This document shows, one piece after another, positions 1-13,760 of a stretch of DNA of 64,000 nucleotides (the first letter of the stretch is position 1; the number at the start of each line of letters is the position of its first letter). Position numbers and translations under genes: made by a program. Origin of the DNA: Octopus vulgaris (taxonomy: Eukaryota); contig OX597815.1 of assembly GCA_951406725.2 (NCBI GenBank), positions 72,168,001-72,232,000 on the forward strand, written 5' to 3'. Under the pieces are notes generated by a model, which saw nothing but the letters and a program-made list of their open reading frames with translations, was not told the DNA's origin and searched no databases.

Positions 1-939
1 TAAGAACTGTATGAGGTTTGTTAGGGTCAAAGCTTGTAAAGGATTGTGGTTCATTTTTAATTTATTAGTCTATTTTATCAACTACCGAATTTAAGGCTAG
101 AGGACAGTGTCTGTTTAGAATGGATAGACGGAGTGAGTTGATAGTTTATAGTTGGGTATAGTCATAAATATTGTCAGGATTTTCGGAAATGTGTAAATAA
201 TTGTCTATAAAGGAGGCTGGGTAGGGGAAGACCCTAAATCAAGATGTTAATTACCAGTTAAAGAGGCAAGACGCTAATAAAACCTATGATGTTAATACAG
301 AGGAAATTATCATGGGGTACAATGGATGATTGCATATTAACAATATTATTATGTTGTATGAAGATAAAATTTAAGATTACTAAAAATGGTATTATAACCA
401 GAATAGATAAACTGTATATATACCAATTTTCAACATTAGAAAGGGAAGATTACATAGAATTAGTTTAATATTCATTCATGTATTTACTTATAAGGTGGTT
501 TCTATAAAGATTACTCTGGGTATTTACTTGTGGAATACTGGGGCGATAAATCATGCTATCTTTATTTTAATTGTAAGCTAAGAATCAGAAAAAATCGGAA
601 AAATAAGTTGTGTACAGATACATACACATATTTAGCTATGTGCACACATGTAAATATATACAAAAATTTGTACTTTATTATGAGTATGTTATAATCAACT
701 CTTCTAGACTTAAGTATCCAGAAAATTTACATTTCTCTTAAAGAACATTAATAACTTATAAGAGATAAGAAAGAGGTAAATAGGTAAAGGTATCAAAATA
801 AGCAAACATAATAATAAGAAATTATAGAGAATAGTAAGAAAATATATATAACTTACTAATGAGCTACATTGGTAGCAACATGGACCTTTTCCCCCTTCTT
901 GCTCTATTAGAGAATTTAAGTAAAATTATATTAATGTGT

Positions 940-1170
940 CCAACTGATTGAAACAATTCTATTTGTTTATGCAGCTGAGGATAGCCCTGCATTTAAATTG
1001 ACGTAATGATTGCATTGTTCAATTAAATGGAGCCGCTTGAAACGGTCGTGCTGCATCACCTCTTGATATCCTGTTGCTTATTTTGATTTTATTCACTTTA
1101 CTTTGGGTTGTACAGACAATACAACACTGACTTGGTGCTTCAATTTAAGTACCTAATTCAACTGAATCTC

Positions 1171-1175
<5 letters not shown>
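940..1175 (+). mobile_element. Short HHR-bearing repeat (Penelope pLTR-like) ending at (TA)n
   Basis: Post-HHR sequence recurs at 11730-11785 (+), 14740-14853 (-) and 48441-48480 (-); the 3' terminus is shared with 6100-6141. Left boundary uncertain. Confidence 0.5.
969..1056 (+). ncRNA. Type-I hammerhead ribozyme motif with long helix II (family H1); probably inactive because N17=G
   Basis: ATGCAG-CTGAGGA-TAGC...GCTT-GAAA-CG GT CG-TG-CTGCAT. Helix I is a perfect 6 bp; helix II contains CATTTAAATTGA/TCAATTAAATG; helix III is ACG/CGT; cleavage triplet reads GUG. Confidence 0.7.
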
Positions 1176-1235
<60 letters not shown>

Positions 1236-1324
1236 CATACATACATACATACATACATACATACATACATACATACATACATACATACATACATACATAC
1301 ATACATACATACATACATACATAC
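1174..1324. repeat. (TA)n-(CATA)n compound microsatellite, representative of dozens across the window
   Basis: Directly visible. Confidence 0.95.
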
Positions 1325-2029
1325 AGACAGACATGCATACATACATACATATAAATGTGTGCATAATACTCACATACATACAACCACATACACACACACA
1401 TACATATCTAGCTATGTATATATGAGTAATACATACTCTGTCTTCCAAAACTGTGTTCCATATTCTATAAGTCAGGCTGTGACCCAAGTCAAAATGTATT
1501 TTGTTTGTCAAAAATTCTTTATGAAGCACTTTTCTAGTAACATCTCGCAAGTTTAGACGGCTTGTAAAAATGCTCCAGGCGTATAAGACACACGTATTTG
1601 ATTTTTTAAAATCGCCACGCGTCTAATGCAGCCACATTAAGGATAGGAAACGAAACACCATAGTGAAGGGAGCAGGTTGAGCCGAAATCCATTTGGTCTT
1701 GATAATTGTTACCAATAAATGTAATTGGGGACAAGCCAGAATATTACTGGCTATTGGCTTGCAATATTATATGATTCGTATGCTGTTATATGGGGACGTC
1801 ATATCGTCTCATTATTCTTCCTTCTCCAGCATGTATAATCCATCTCTGATGTATGTTTTACATTATTCAATGGCTACGTTACATTTAATAAACATTTTTT
1901 TTTATTGTCGCGGACCAGTACCGGGTCGCGGACTAGTACCAGGCCGTGTGTCATTTTGTACCGAGTCGTAGAGAAAGAATAAACTTTTAGGTTTTATTTC
2001 TGTTTTATTGATTATCGTAACATGTTTTT

Positions 2030-2273
2030 GTAAGTTGACTGTGGCCACGCTGGAGCAACACCTTAAAGGGTTTTAGTTGAAGAGAGCGACTCCAGGACTT
2101 ATTCTTTGTAAGCCTAGTACTTATTCTATCGGTCTGTTTTGCCGAACCGCTTTCTTACAAGGACATAAACACACCAGCATCGATTGTCAAGCGATAGAGA
2201 GGGAACAAAACAGACGCACACACATAAATACATACATATATATATACATACGTACATATATATATATGTGTGT

Positions 2274-2330
<57 letters not shown>

Positions 2331-2491
2331 TACACGACGAGTATCTTTCGATTTCCGTCTTCCAACCCACCCAAAAAGTCTTTGGTCGACCCGAGGTTAT
2401 AGTAGAAGATCTTGCCCAAGATGCAACGCAGTGGAACTGAACCCGGAATCACGATGTCGAGAAGCAAGCTTCTTTCCATACAGCCACGCCT
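2030..2491 (-). mobile_element. tRNA-derived SINE family A with internal microsatellite
   Basis: Homologous to the best copy at 29200-29630; minus-strand head GGCGTGGCTGTATGG...GGGTTCAGTTCC has A/B-box-like motifs. Confidence 0.85.
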
Positions 2492-2971
2492 AATAATTAA
2501 ATTATATATTATGCACTTAATTGTGTTTTGTTATGCACGTGATGCCTAGGTCTCTGGGAAAATTATCTTGCACGAAACCAGTCCCTGCTGCTCTCTGCTG
2601 TAAAAATAAAAAAGGGCTGGAGACTGCTGGTCTAAATGAAAAATTCACTTTTTTTGTCACAAAATATCCTTGTAAAATTGAGGTGCATCTTATGAGAAGG
2701 TACGTCTTGTATGCTAGCTAATATGGAATTCTTTTATTCGTTTCAGTCATTTGACTGCGGCTATGTTGGAGCACCGTCTTATAGGGTGTTTTAGTCGAAC
2801 AAACTGGCACCAGGACACATTGTTTGTAAGCCTAGTATTTATTCTATCCGTCTCTTATGCCGAACCGCTAGGTTACGGGGCCATAAACACACCAACATCG
2901 GGTGTCAAGCGTTAGAGAGGACCAAACATACAAAGACACACACACATAAAGAAATACACATATGTATATAC

Positions 2972-3012
<41 letters not shown>

Positions 3013-3022
3013 TGTATATATG

Positions 3023-3074
<52 letters not shown>

Positions 3075-3079
3075 GATAT

Positions 3080-3718
<639 letters not shown>

Positions 3719-4498
3719 CATAGTTCAAATTTGCGGAAAAAAGAAGACGAAGACAGGTGAAGGAACAACGAAGAGATACGACGGGATTCTTTCAGTTTCC
3801 GACTACCAAACCCACTCACAAGTCTTCGGTCAGCCCGAGGCTATAGTAAAAGACATTTGCCCAGGGTGCCACGCAGTAGGACTGAACCAGGAACCATGTG
3901 GTTGGGAAGCAAGCTTCTTACCACACTGTCACGCCTGCGCCTGTATATTTGCGGAATAAAATATATTCGGGTTGACGTCAGTTTTTATGCATTTTTACGT
4001 CAGACCGTCTAAGGTCGCCATTTTCTCTTTCGATTTGCCTCAACATTTCGATCTCACTCGATAAGTTATTACCGGTTTGGCATGTGTGGCAGTTGTGTAA
4101 TTAGCATGCCGCTGGAAGCCATCATTTCCTTGCATGTCGGTCGATGATGACACTGATCATAGTCACGTCAAGTGGAAACAAAAGCTAGATAGATCCTTTG
4201 TTATAAGTATTTATACATTCATGTGTCTAGCGTAATGTATTCAACGTTTTAACACGTACACACCATTGAACTCTGAAGCATTTAATTATCATCAATTTTT
4301 TATCGAGCACTTGGGTGATAACTCGCAGTAAGTTTAGACAAGTTGGTGTTTTATCAGATTGTTTGAGCCCAAGTCATGTGTGTGTGTATGAGAGAGAGAG
4401 AGAGAGAGAAAGAGAGAGCATGCGTGCTTATATATACACACCTTTATTACATGCATATACATGTATATTATATTATAGATGTATGTATATATATGTAT

Positions 4499-4601
<103 letters not shown>

Positions 4602-4777
4602 GTATGTATGTATTATGTGTGTATTTGTTAAGTGTATTTTGGGCAAAAAGCCTGGTAAAACTCGTTTAAAATCTTCTATGCTTCTGGTCGGCTACCACAT
4701 GTTAATTATATTCTGGGGTAATTCAGGGTATAAGTCTGTTACAGAACTCCTTTTTGCTTAGGATTAACTTATCAATC

Positions 4778-5146
4778 ATTACCTCCGCCGCAGCGAAGGC
4801 GGAGGTATTGTTTTCAGTTGTGTTTGTTTGTTTGTCCGTGGACAAGATATCTCAAGAACCGCGGGATGGATTCGGATGAAACTTTCAGGGATGTTTGGCC
4901 TCGTGACTGGTACGAACTGATTAGATTTTGGGATCGATCCGGTACCGCACACGGATTCTGGATTATTTTTCTGCTTTCTTTCTTTCTTTTTTGTTTAATT
5001 TTTGAGAGCTGTCGGATTCATTTTTAATATTCTCGTTTGTGAGTGCAGTCTAGTTTATTTCAGATATTCTCATTTTAAAAATCATCTCTGGCTAATCGTT
5101 GAGAAGATGTTGGTGCTGCCTTGGCGGAGGCTTGCGCTTTCTAAGT
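4778..5146 (+). mobile_element. Helentron-associated non-autonomous element (HINE/DINE-1-like)
   Basis: 5' subTIR/palindrome CCTCCGCC...GGCGGAGG, GTTT/GTCC microsatellite, and 3' subTIR GGCGGAGG just before the end. Confidence 0.6.
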
Positions 5147-5278
5147 CTTCTTCTTCTTCTTCTTCTTCTTCTTCTTCTTCTTCTTCTTCTTCTTCTTCTT
5201 CTTCTTCTTCTTCTTCTTCTTCTTCTTCTTCTTCTTCTTCTTCTTCTTCTTCTTCTTCTTCTTCTTCTTCTTCTTCTG

Positions 5279-5362
<84 letters not shown>
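5146..5362. repeat. (TTC)n-(TTA)n microsatellite
   Basis: Directly visible. Confidence 0.95.
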
Positions 5363-5371
5363 TATGATAAG

Positions 5372-5660
5372 TGAGGATGCATAGCCTAGTGGTTAGAATG
5401 TTGCACTCATGATCGTGAGTTCATGGTTTCAATTCCTAGACCGGGTGGTGTATTGTGTTCTTAAGCGAAACATTTCATCTCACGTTGATCTGCAATCACT
5501 TCCACACCTGACGCGTGGTAAACCGTGCACCTGTTCAGACAAAATCGATTTGACCAAAAGGGATAAACAAACCTCTGTTAAACATCCATTAATGTTATAT
5601 CGCCTGAAGAAATGAATCTATGAAGATGATCTACCCGTTGTCTACGGAGACTATGAACTA
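5372..5660 (+). mobile_element. tRNA-derived SINE family C
   Basis: Head TAGCCTAGTGG...GGTTTCAATTCC; homologous to 26470-26812 (-) and 48563-48832 (+). Confidence 0.7.
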
Positions 5661-5679
5661 CACTGTAATCATCCCAGGA

Positions 5680-6142
5680 ATAGGGGCTGTGAGCTTAAGA
5701 GACATGTGATTTGTGGAAACGCACGTAGCGATGCATTAAATGTTTATAATTCCATCTAAGGATTATTGTTTCCCGCTCTATTCACTCTCCGCTGTCTTTC
5801 TGTTAAGATCCTTCAAGATACTCTCCCAGCGTTGAATAATTTCGTCTCCTGTCTGGCCCTAAGGCCTTATTTTGTTCGTGTATTTTTATCAATTCGCTTC
5901 TATGCCCACGGTCCCGTTTGTTTCCTTCTTTGTGCACTAATTGTCTTGGTTTGTATTATATTTACTCCACCTTTGTACGTAATCTACCTGCATCGCATTC
6001 TTGTCTATTTGTTCTCTTGGTTTTTGGCTCACAAATTCTATATAGAGTCTGATACTTACCTAATACTGTTTGAGAGTGCAAATAAGTTCGTCCTAACAAG
6101 GTGCCCCAATTTAAGTACCTAATTCAACTGAATCTAAATTAC

Positions 6143-6180
<38 letters not shown>

Positions 6181-6380
6181 TCTCAAACAGTATTAGGTGA
6201 GTATCAGACTCTATATAGAATTTTTTATACCCGATATTCATGCAGTGTGTGAAGATGGCACGATCCCACTTAGTGAATAAATCCGGTCTTGTTTGTTCAG
6301 ACATGTACTTTACATAAAGATACTTTCCAAATACTTCCGAAATGTAGGTTCCAGGGTAGGTGAGTAAAATATAAATTACT
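5680..6380. mobile_element. Penelope pLTR-like repeat with partial inverted copy across (TA)n
   Basis: 6033-6077 is the reverse complement of 6179-6223; 3' terminus shared with 1134-1175; decayed HHR-like CTTAAGA-GACA..TGTG-GAAA-CGCACG-TA near 5694-5728. Confidence 0.45.
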
Positions 6381-6389
6381 TATATATAT

Positions 6390-6744
6390 TCTTTTATTCG
6401 TTTGTCATTTGACCGCGGCCATGCTGGAGTACCACCCTCAATGGTTTTTAACCAATATAATCAACTCTAAGATTTTTTGATTTTTTTAGCCTAGTACTTA
6501 TTGTATCAGGTTCTTTTGCCAAACCGCTAAGTTACGGAGACGTAAACACACCAACGGAGGGACACACACACACACATGCACTACGAGCTACTTTCAGTTT
6601 CTGTCTACGAAATTCACTCACAAGGCTTTGGTCGGCCCGAGGCCATAGTAGGAGTCACTTGCCCAAGGTGTCACGCAATGGCATTGAACTCAGGACCATG
6701 CGGTTGGAAGCTAGCTTCTTACCACACAGCCACGCCTGCACCTG
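6390..6744 (-). mobile_element. SINE family A
   Basis: Collinear with other family A copies. Confidence 0.8.
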
Positions 6745-6832
6745 ATATATATATATATATATATATTCTCTTTTTACTTATATATATATATATATTCTCT
6801 TTTTACTTATATATATATATATATTCTCTTTT

Positions 6833-6885
<53 letters not shown>

Positions 6886-7006
6886 TACATGTATACACAT
6901 AAATGCAAACATAAACACACACATATGTATGGTTTCCTTTTAATCTTATTCTTTTCAATAACTCACATTTCCTTTTATTACTCAAATTTCTTTCTCTCTC
7001 TCATCC

Positions 7007-7055
<49 letters not shown>

Positions 7056-7293
7056 AACACACACATAATCTCTCTCTCTCTCTCTTTCCCTCTCTCGCAT
7101 TTTTTTCCTCTCCCACCTTCATCCTTCATGCTATCTTCCTCTAATTCCTCTATATTTCTTTCATTTCGCACTTCTCACTCTCTCCCCTCTTTTATCTTCG
7201 ACCGTTTTGCCGTATCATATTCCTCCCACCAAGCCACCCACCTACCTGTCCCCTCTCCCACCTTTTAATGTGTTTTATAATATATTTAGCTGC

Positions 7294-7332
<39 letters not shown>

Positions 7333-7924
7333 TCTTCCCCCTCTCGAAACCTTCAATGGAATCTTCAAATGTAAAAGTATCTATTTGGAAATAATTTCTT
7401 TCACTTTGTTGTTATTGTTGTTGCTGTTGTGATCGTCGTCATCATTGTTGTTCGTTGATATTGATGCTGTTGTTGTCATTGATATTATTGCTTATGCGAG
7501 GAGAATTGTTAGAGATTTTGATATCGGTCTTGATGTTAGTTGTTCGTGGTGATGTTGTATTTGCCATTGTTGTATGTACATGTTGTTGTTGTTGTTGTTG
7601 TTGTTGTTGTCTTCGTCTGTGTGGCCGCAAGCTGCAAGTCGGTCCCTTAAGTATCTACTGATTCCCTATGGAGTAGGGAAAAAAGGAGCAAGTAAAAAAG
7701 TTTGGGGAACTGTTTAATGTTTGTTTCTCCAAAGGTGTTAAATGGATCCTCAACGTATACATCAATAAAACCAGTCATGGTCTCTCTCTCTCTCACTCAG
7801 TCACTCACTTTCTCCCTCTCGCTCTCTTTCTTTCTTTTTCTTTCTCTTTCTCTCTCTCTCTCTCACACAGTCTTTTTTGTTTTTAACTGAAGAAACTCAC
7901 GCGTATGCTTACATATATACATAT

Positions 7925-7972
<48 letters not shown>

Positions 7973-8120
7973 ACATACATACATACCATACATACATACA
8001 TACATATATACTTATGTATGTACGTACATATATATGTTTGAATGAATGTGTCTATGCATATATATATATATAAGAATATGAATAATATATAAATGTATAT
8101 GCATACATACATATATGTAC

Positions 8121-8151
<31 letters not shown>

Positions 8152-8260
8152 ACACAAATATATATATGTATATATATATACACACACACACATATATAAA
8201 TATGCATGTATGTATATATAAATATATATATACATGTGTATATGTGTATATACATGTGTA

Positions 8261-8310
<50 letters not shown>

Positions 8311-8700
8311 TATGCATAGATAGATGGATGTGTGTGTGTATACGTATATATATATATGTATGTATGTGTGTGTGTGTGTGTGTATGCGGCGCGAAATTTG
8401 TAATGTCACTAGAACCCTTAGAAACAAAGCCTTGCAATACTCGTCTTCCTCTTCTGCGCACAGCGATCAAATCCTGCTGACATCAATTTTATTTTCCATC
8501 CGGCGGATTGCTCTCTGTTCTGGTTCCTTGCGTTCCGAGTTCAAATTCCACCCTAGGTTTCCATGTCCATAGTTATCAAGCGAAGCACTCTATCCAATCT
8601 GTTATTGGTCAGCGTAAACAGGAACGCCTATAGCTAGGATACGTAAATCAGCAACGCATTCTGGGGCCTTCTTTTAATAAACAATGTCTGAATAGAAATG

Positions 8701-8758
<58 letters not shown>

Positions 8759-9046
8759 ATTGACTCCTTGCCTTGATACCGTGCTGTAGTTGTAAGTAAG
8801 TGTCACTTTCATGCAAGCGGTGTCCTTTGTTTCCAATCTATCATGAAAGCATGTCTGGACATGGCGAAATATTACCTTACTTAGAAACAGATGATGATTG
8901 GCAGCAAGAAGGACATCTATCCATGCAATATCTCTGATCCAGTAGCAAGGAAAAGGAGATGTTTCATGTATATTATGTAGATAATGATATTCTCAACCGA
9001 GACGCTACAACCGTAACTGATTGTTCACAAGCTTCAAGTCTGTGTA

Positions 9047-9562
9047 CCGTAAATCCTCGAGTATAATCCGCCCCCTCCCCCCCAATTTAAAGGTCAAAAT
9101 CCCGAGTGCGTACTATATACGAGGTTAAAAATGAAAATTATTTTCTAAGCAATGTCCGAGTCTCTATTTGCTGTCCAGCAATGTTTATTCAGACGCATTT
9201 TGTGATGTCGAGCGCGAAAATACCTTAAGCTAAACCAGAAAGCAATGAAGTCATAAAAGAATCATCCATAACATGCAGTAAGCAACATTTATTAAACGTT
9301 ATTACTGTTATTTTTTATATTTTCTGCAAACAAAATGCACAAAAAAGCTACATGTTGGCATTATGTTATATATGCATACAATAATAATAAAGGACGTTAT
9401 CGTATACAGTTTTACAAACCAAGGACGTTATATAGTCCTCCTTGACTCTAGTTAGAGAAGGGGTGCGTATTATATACAAGGTTTAGGTTTTTCAGAGGTA
9501 CAGCCCCCTAAAAATCCCCTGCGTATTATACTCAAGGGCGGACTATACTCGAGGATTTACAG
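9047..9562. mobile_element. MITE of the Tc1/mariner-pogo superfamily
   Basis: 27-bp TIRs CCGTAAATCCTCGAGTATAATCCGCCC / GGGCGGACTATACTCGAGGATTTACAG, TA on both sides, subterminal TGCGTA(T/C)TATA repeats. Confidence 0.85.
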
Positions 9563-9734
9563 TATGTACATGTATTTACTCGACTGCAGATATAAATGAT
9601 TTCGCTCATAGTTTTGAGGAGCCGTTTTCACTTATGAGTCTGGCATGGCTCGAGAAAGAAACACTTCTTCTTCTTGGTCTTCTCCCCCCCGTCTCTCTAT
9701 ATATAAGCACACCCAAATGATAGAGCTTAATTTT

Positions 9735-10073
9735 AGTTCCTTCCGTACATCGGGCACCAAGAAGTCTTCAATCATCTCAGGTGATGCTAAGTTACTTCAG
9801 ATCTTCTTGGAAGATGGCATACCATGTCTTCTTCAGTCTCCCTCTCTTCCTTCGGGTGCCACCCATTGTATAGTTGTCTTGGATATTCGTTCTTCTGGCA
9901 ATCGGTAAACATAACCTGCAAGTCTCATTCTTCTTTCCGCCGCATGCTCTTACAGGTTGTGCAGTTTGGCTCTTCTTAGGACTTCAGAGTTTGAGATTCT
10001 GTCGCATTCTGTCGCATTCTACTTCATTCTGTCCCTGTACGTGATTTGGAATATTCTACGAAGACACCATTGG
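9735..10073 (-). mobile_element. RTE-clade LINE 3' fragment (decayed ORF2 C-terminus)
   Basis: Minus-strand translation: QWCLRRIFQITYRDR..ISNSEVLRRAKL..ERRMRLAGYVYRLPEERISKTTIQW..RGRLKKTW. Confidence 0.75.
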
Positions 10074-10314
10074 CTAACAATAAATAAATATCTTTAATTT
10101 ATTAATGTGTGTGTATCCAAGCGACTTTACGATTCAATGTTACAGACAAATATTTCCATGGTATGTATGTATGTATGTATGTATGTATGTATGTATGTAT
10201 GTATGTATGTATGTATGTATGTATGTATGTTTCTTTACGATTCAATGTTAAGAGTTATTCAAAACATAGCAGAGATACCCGGTGTTGCTCGCATAGTTTT
10301 ATGCATAGTTTTTT

Positions 10315-10605
10315 TCTTTTACATGTTTCAGTCATTTGACTGTGGCCATGCTGAAGCACCACCTTTAGTCGAACGAATCGACCCAGGACTTATTCTTTGT
10401 AAGCCTAGTACTTAATCTATCGGCCTTTATTGCCGAAACGCTAATTTACGGGGACGTAAACATACTAACATCGGTTGTCAAGCGATGGTGAGGGTACAAA
10501 CACTGATACACACGCACACACACAAATATGCACATATGTACAACGGGCTTCTTTTAGTTTCCGTCTACCAAATCCACTTACAAGGCTTTGGTCCACCCGA
10601 GGCTA
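10315..10605 (-). mobile_element. SINE family A, interrupted at about 10606
   Basis: Family A homology ends at CCGAGGCTA; a head-containing piece lies at 11820-11980. Confidence 0.8.
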
Positions 10606-10718
10606 GAGTAACAGATTTTGTTGAATTTTTCTGCTGCTTAAAATAAAGCATATTACTCTACCACTGGTATTTGAGTACCCTTTTTTTTCCACCTTGTTTC
10701 ACATTTATGTGTTTATCC

Positions 10719-10721
<3 letters not shown>
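10606..10721 (+). mobile_element. 3' fragment of HHR family H4 starting at the cleavage site
   Basis: Matches the reverse complement of 28990-29105; begins GAGTA|ACAG. Confidence 0.7.
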
Positions 10722-10762
<41 letters not shown>

Positions 10763-10902
10763 TATATATATATATATATATATGCATATATATATATATA
10801 TACATATATGAGTATACATATATATATACATATATGTACATATATATGTATGTATACATATATATAGAGATATACATATATATATATATATACACACACA
10901 CA

Positions 10903-10943
<41 letters not shown>

Positions 10944-11729
10944 GTGTATACACACACACAGATATATATATATATATATACACACATACATAAAAGCGGT
11001 GAGGGCCGAAATCCTTAAAAGGGATGTCAAACATCCAAGTCCGCCGCTACAATCCAAGTAAAGAATATATATGTAAAATATATATTCAGTATTTGCAAAA
11101 AAACTATAAATGAAGTATAAGGAGTGGAAAAATTGTAGGTGTAGACGATCTTTAATTCATAATCCAGGCTGGTACAGAACCAATATACATTCTAGGAATT
11201 GAGTCTAATTAATTCCAAAGACAAAAACGAAAAACTCTGGTGTCCCAATACTCACTGAGGGGTTTCAATTTTTCATAACTTCTGTAACTTTACAAATAAA
11301 TGCATGAAATTTTGATACAATACAGAGGGCATAATGGAAATTAATATGTACAAGTCAAATTTTGCAATACCCCTACATCACGTATGAAAAATGACTAGTT
11401 GTTTTGCTCTTTACGTGATAAGCGATTGTGTGTAGCTTTAAAAGTATATACTACGATCAAGGTTGAGTAGCTGCCATCTCCAGACGATGATTGTACTGTA
11501 CCGAGGAAAAGAAATAAATCAGAAACCATTGGTCTACAGGTATCGCTAAGGCTAGAAAGAGAGTAATAGACTCCTTTGCTCACAGTATACGGACGCAGAT
11601 CATGTGTCGGTAGCCAGCTGGAAAAGATGTTTTCCTGGGGCTAAAAAGTGGTAACATGGTGCTGTGTAGGACTGTCACATTGTGTTGGAAAATAGACTTT
11701 ACTACATATATATATATAGTAAAATGAAG

Positions 11730-11782
11730 TAGCATGAAACGATTGTACTACACTACCTTGGATATCCTTGTTGCTTATTTTG

Positions 11783-11785
<3 letters not shown>
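11730..11785 (+). mobile_element. 3' half of family H1 HHR repeat between TA tracts
   Basis: GAAACGATTGTA-CTACAC...GATATCCTTGTTGCTTATTTTGAT aligns with 1039-1088. Confidence 0.6.
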
Positions 11786-11817
<32 letters not shown>

Positions 11818-11819
11818 AT

Positions 11820-11980
11820 ATGACGAGCTTCTTTCAGTTTCCGTTTACTAAATCCACTCACAAGGCTTTGGCCGCCCCGTGCCTGAAGTAGAAGACACTT
11901 GATCAAGGTGCCACACAGTGTGACTGAACCCGGAACCATGCGGTTGGGAAGTAAGCTTCTTACCACATAGCTAACGACTG
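11820..11980 (-). mobile_element. SINE family A head half
   Basis: Family A homology. Confidence 0.75.
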
Positions 11981-12582
11981 TGTCTATTATCCTAAATAAA
12001 TTTTCGCTGTTCCCATAATTACTGTTTCAACTCTGTCCACAAATCAAGGCCTTGATCTTTGCTCTTGTAACGGTGTGGAAATATGGGGCCATAGATCAAA
12101 CCGTTGCGTATGTCGTTATGGTCCATGCCGTAGCTGTTGTTGCTTTTCTTACTGAAAGGAAATCAGTTGCGAACGGAAGTTTGTAGCCACCAAGTAACAG
12201 CTGCCATTGGCATTTAGACCAGAAGAAGAAGAAAAAAGGAAGTCGTAAAACTAGTAGCACAATAAAACGGCTTCGATAAAATAGGGCTTGTGTCTTTAAT
12301 AACCCATCAGATGGATCATCTTTCAGCCTCCAAATGGTAGAGGGGTGGGCGGTGTGGTTGATATGGGGTTATAACGACTTAAATACTAACGTACACACAC
12401 ACACATATACACACAACAGAAACACACTCACACACACACACATACACACATACACACATGCACACAAAGAACATGTAATTACCTATGATACATATTCATG
12501 CATAAGCAAACGTACTTATACCTATGCGCAAACAAATACACGCACATACATACATACATACATACATACATACATACATACA

Positions 12583-12616
<34 letters not shown>

Positions 12617-12767
12617 CATACGTACGTACGTACATACATACATACCTACATACATGCTTAAGATTTAAACGGAGCGGATGATGGTTAAAACAAGATACTT
12701 TCTTTCATAACCTTGAGAACACATATATACATACATACATACATACATACATACATACATACATACA

Positions 12768-12798
<31 letters not shown>

Positions 12799-12929
12799 GG
12801 GCAGGTAAACAGAGACAAACACACACACACACACACAAATTTGCTAGGGTTGTCCATGTAGAATGCTCTGTATACTGCACTTGGATGTGAGAATATATAT
12901 TAGAGAAAGACGCTCGCGTGTGTGTATCA

Positions 12930-13130
12930 ATCTTTATCTTTTATCTTTTACTGGGGCACCACCTTGAAGAATTTTAGTCGAATGAATCAACTTTTAGTCC
13001 TTTTTTTAAAGCCCAATGCTTATTTTATCGGTCTTTTTTTTTACCGAACCGCTAGTTAACGGGAATGTAAACACACCAACACTGGTTGTCGGGCGGTGGT
13101 TGGGGACAAATAGAGACACAAAGACACATA
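12930..13130 (-). mobile_element. SINE family A tail half
   Basis: Family A homology. Confidence 0.7.
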
Positions 13131-13259
13131 CACATACATAATACATACATACAGGCGTACATACGTACACACACAAACAGATACACACACATATATAGTG
13201 TGTGAGTGGACAAGTGAAAGAAGGGTATTCAACGCATTTATTGAAAGTTACATGTATAG

Positions 13260-13353
13260 ATCAAAACAGTTTGATTCAAATTCAAAATGGCTGAAGATTC
13301 GCACCAAGCTTGAAACTCGGAGTACCAACGAATTTGAATCAAACTGTCTTGAT
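13260..13353 (+). ncRNA. Type-I hammerhead motif with intact core enclosed by a 24-bp stem (family H3)
   Basis: TGG-CTGAAGA-TTCGCACCAAGCTT-GAAA-CTC G GAG-TA-CCA at 13288-13327; 13260-13283 pairs with 13330-13353; helix II is weak. Confidence 0.7.
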
Positions 13354-13414
13354 TCAAATATATGTATGTGTGTGTGTGTTATATAAATGTATTTAACACT
13401 TCCGTTATGATTCC

Positions 13415-13760
13415 TGATTTACACAGAAGGTGGGACATGTAGAGATTCCCATTTGGTGAACAGGGTAGAATGCACGAAAAATAACTTGTATAATAGAACA
13501 GTTAAACAAAAGATTTAATGGGCACAGATATGACGTCAGGCACAATAACAATAGTTCGACAGAATTGCCGAACATTTTGTTTCAAACGGCTGCAATTTTG
13601 AAAAAGACTTGAAAGTCAATATTCTCAGAAACGTTGCTATACTTTCAATACTCAAAATGCATGAGTAGAAATATGTTTGCGGATTGTTAACATCACGCCC
13701 GGAGAGGAATGAATAAAATAACTGGAGAATATCATCAAATTTACACGAAACTGTTTAATT
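13415..13760 (+). mobile_element. Penelope-like element GIY-YIG endonuclease relic (frameshifted)
   Basis: Translates as GGTCRDSHLVNRVECTKNNLY..EQLNKRFNGHRYDVRH..AEHFVSNGCNFEKDLKVNIL..GMNK, the C..C..RF..HR..LAEHF..GLN pattern of PLE endonucleases. Confidence 0.75.

Noticed and set aside
1-940. AT-rich unique sequence upstream of the first HHR as Penelope coding region
   Set aside because: No RT or GIY-YIG motif recognisable in the frames examined; left unassigned.
4138-4192. ATGATGA-CACT..AGTG-GAAA
   Set aside because: C3 missing, no convincing helix I or cleavage triplet; too decayed to call.
10995-11035. GG..CC-GAAA-TCCTT/AGGGAT, possible HHR 3' half
   Set aside because: No upstream core (microsatellite there) and N17 would be G; unsupported.
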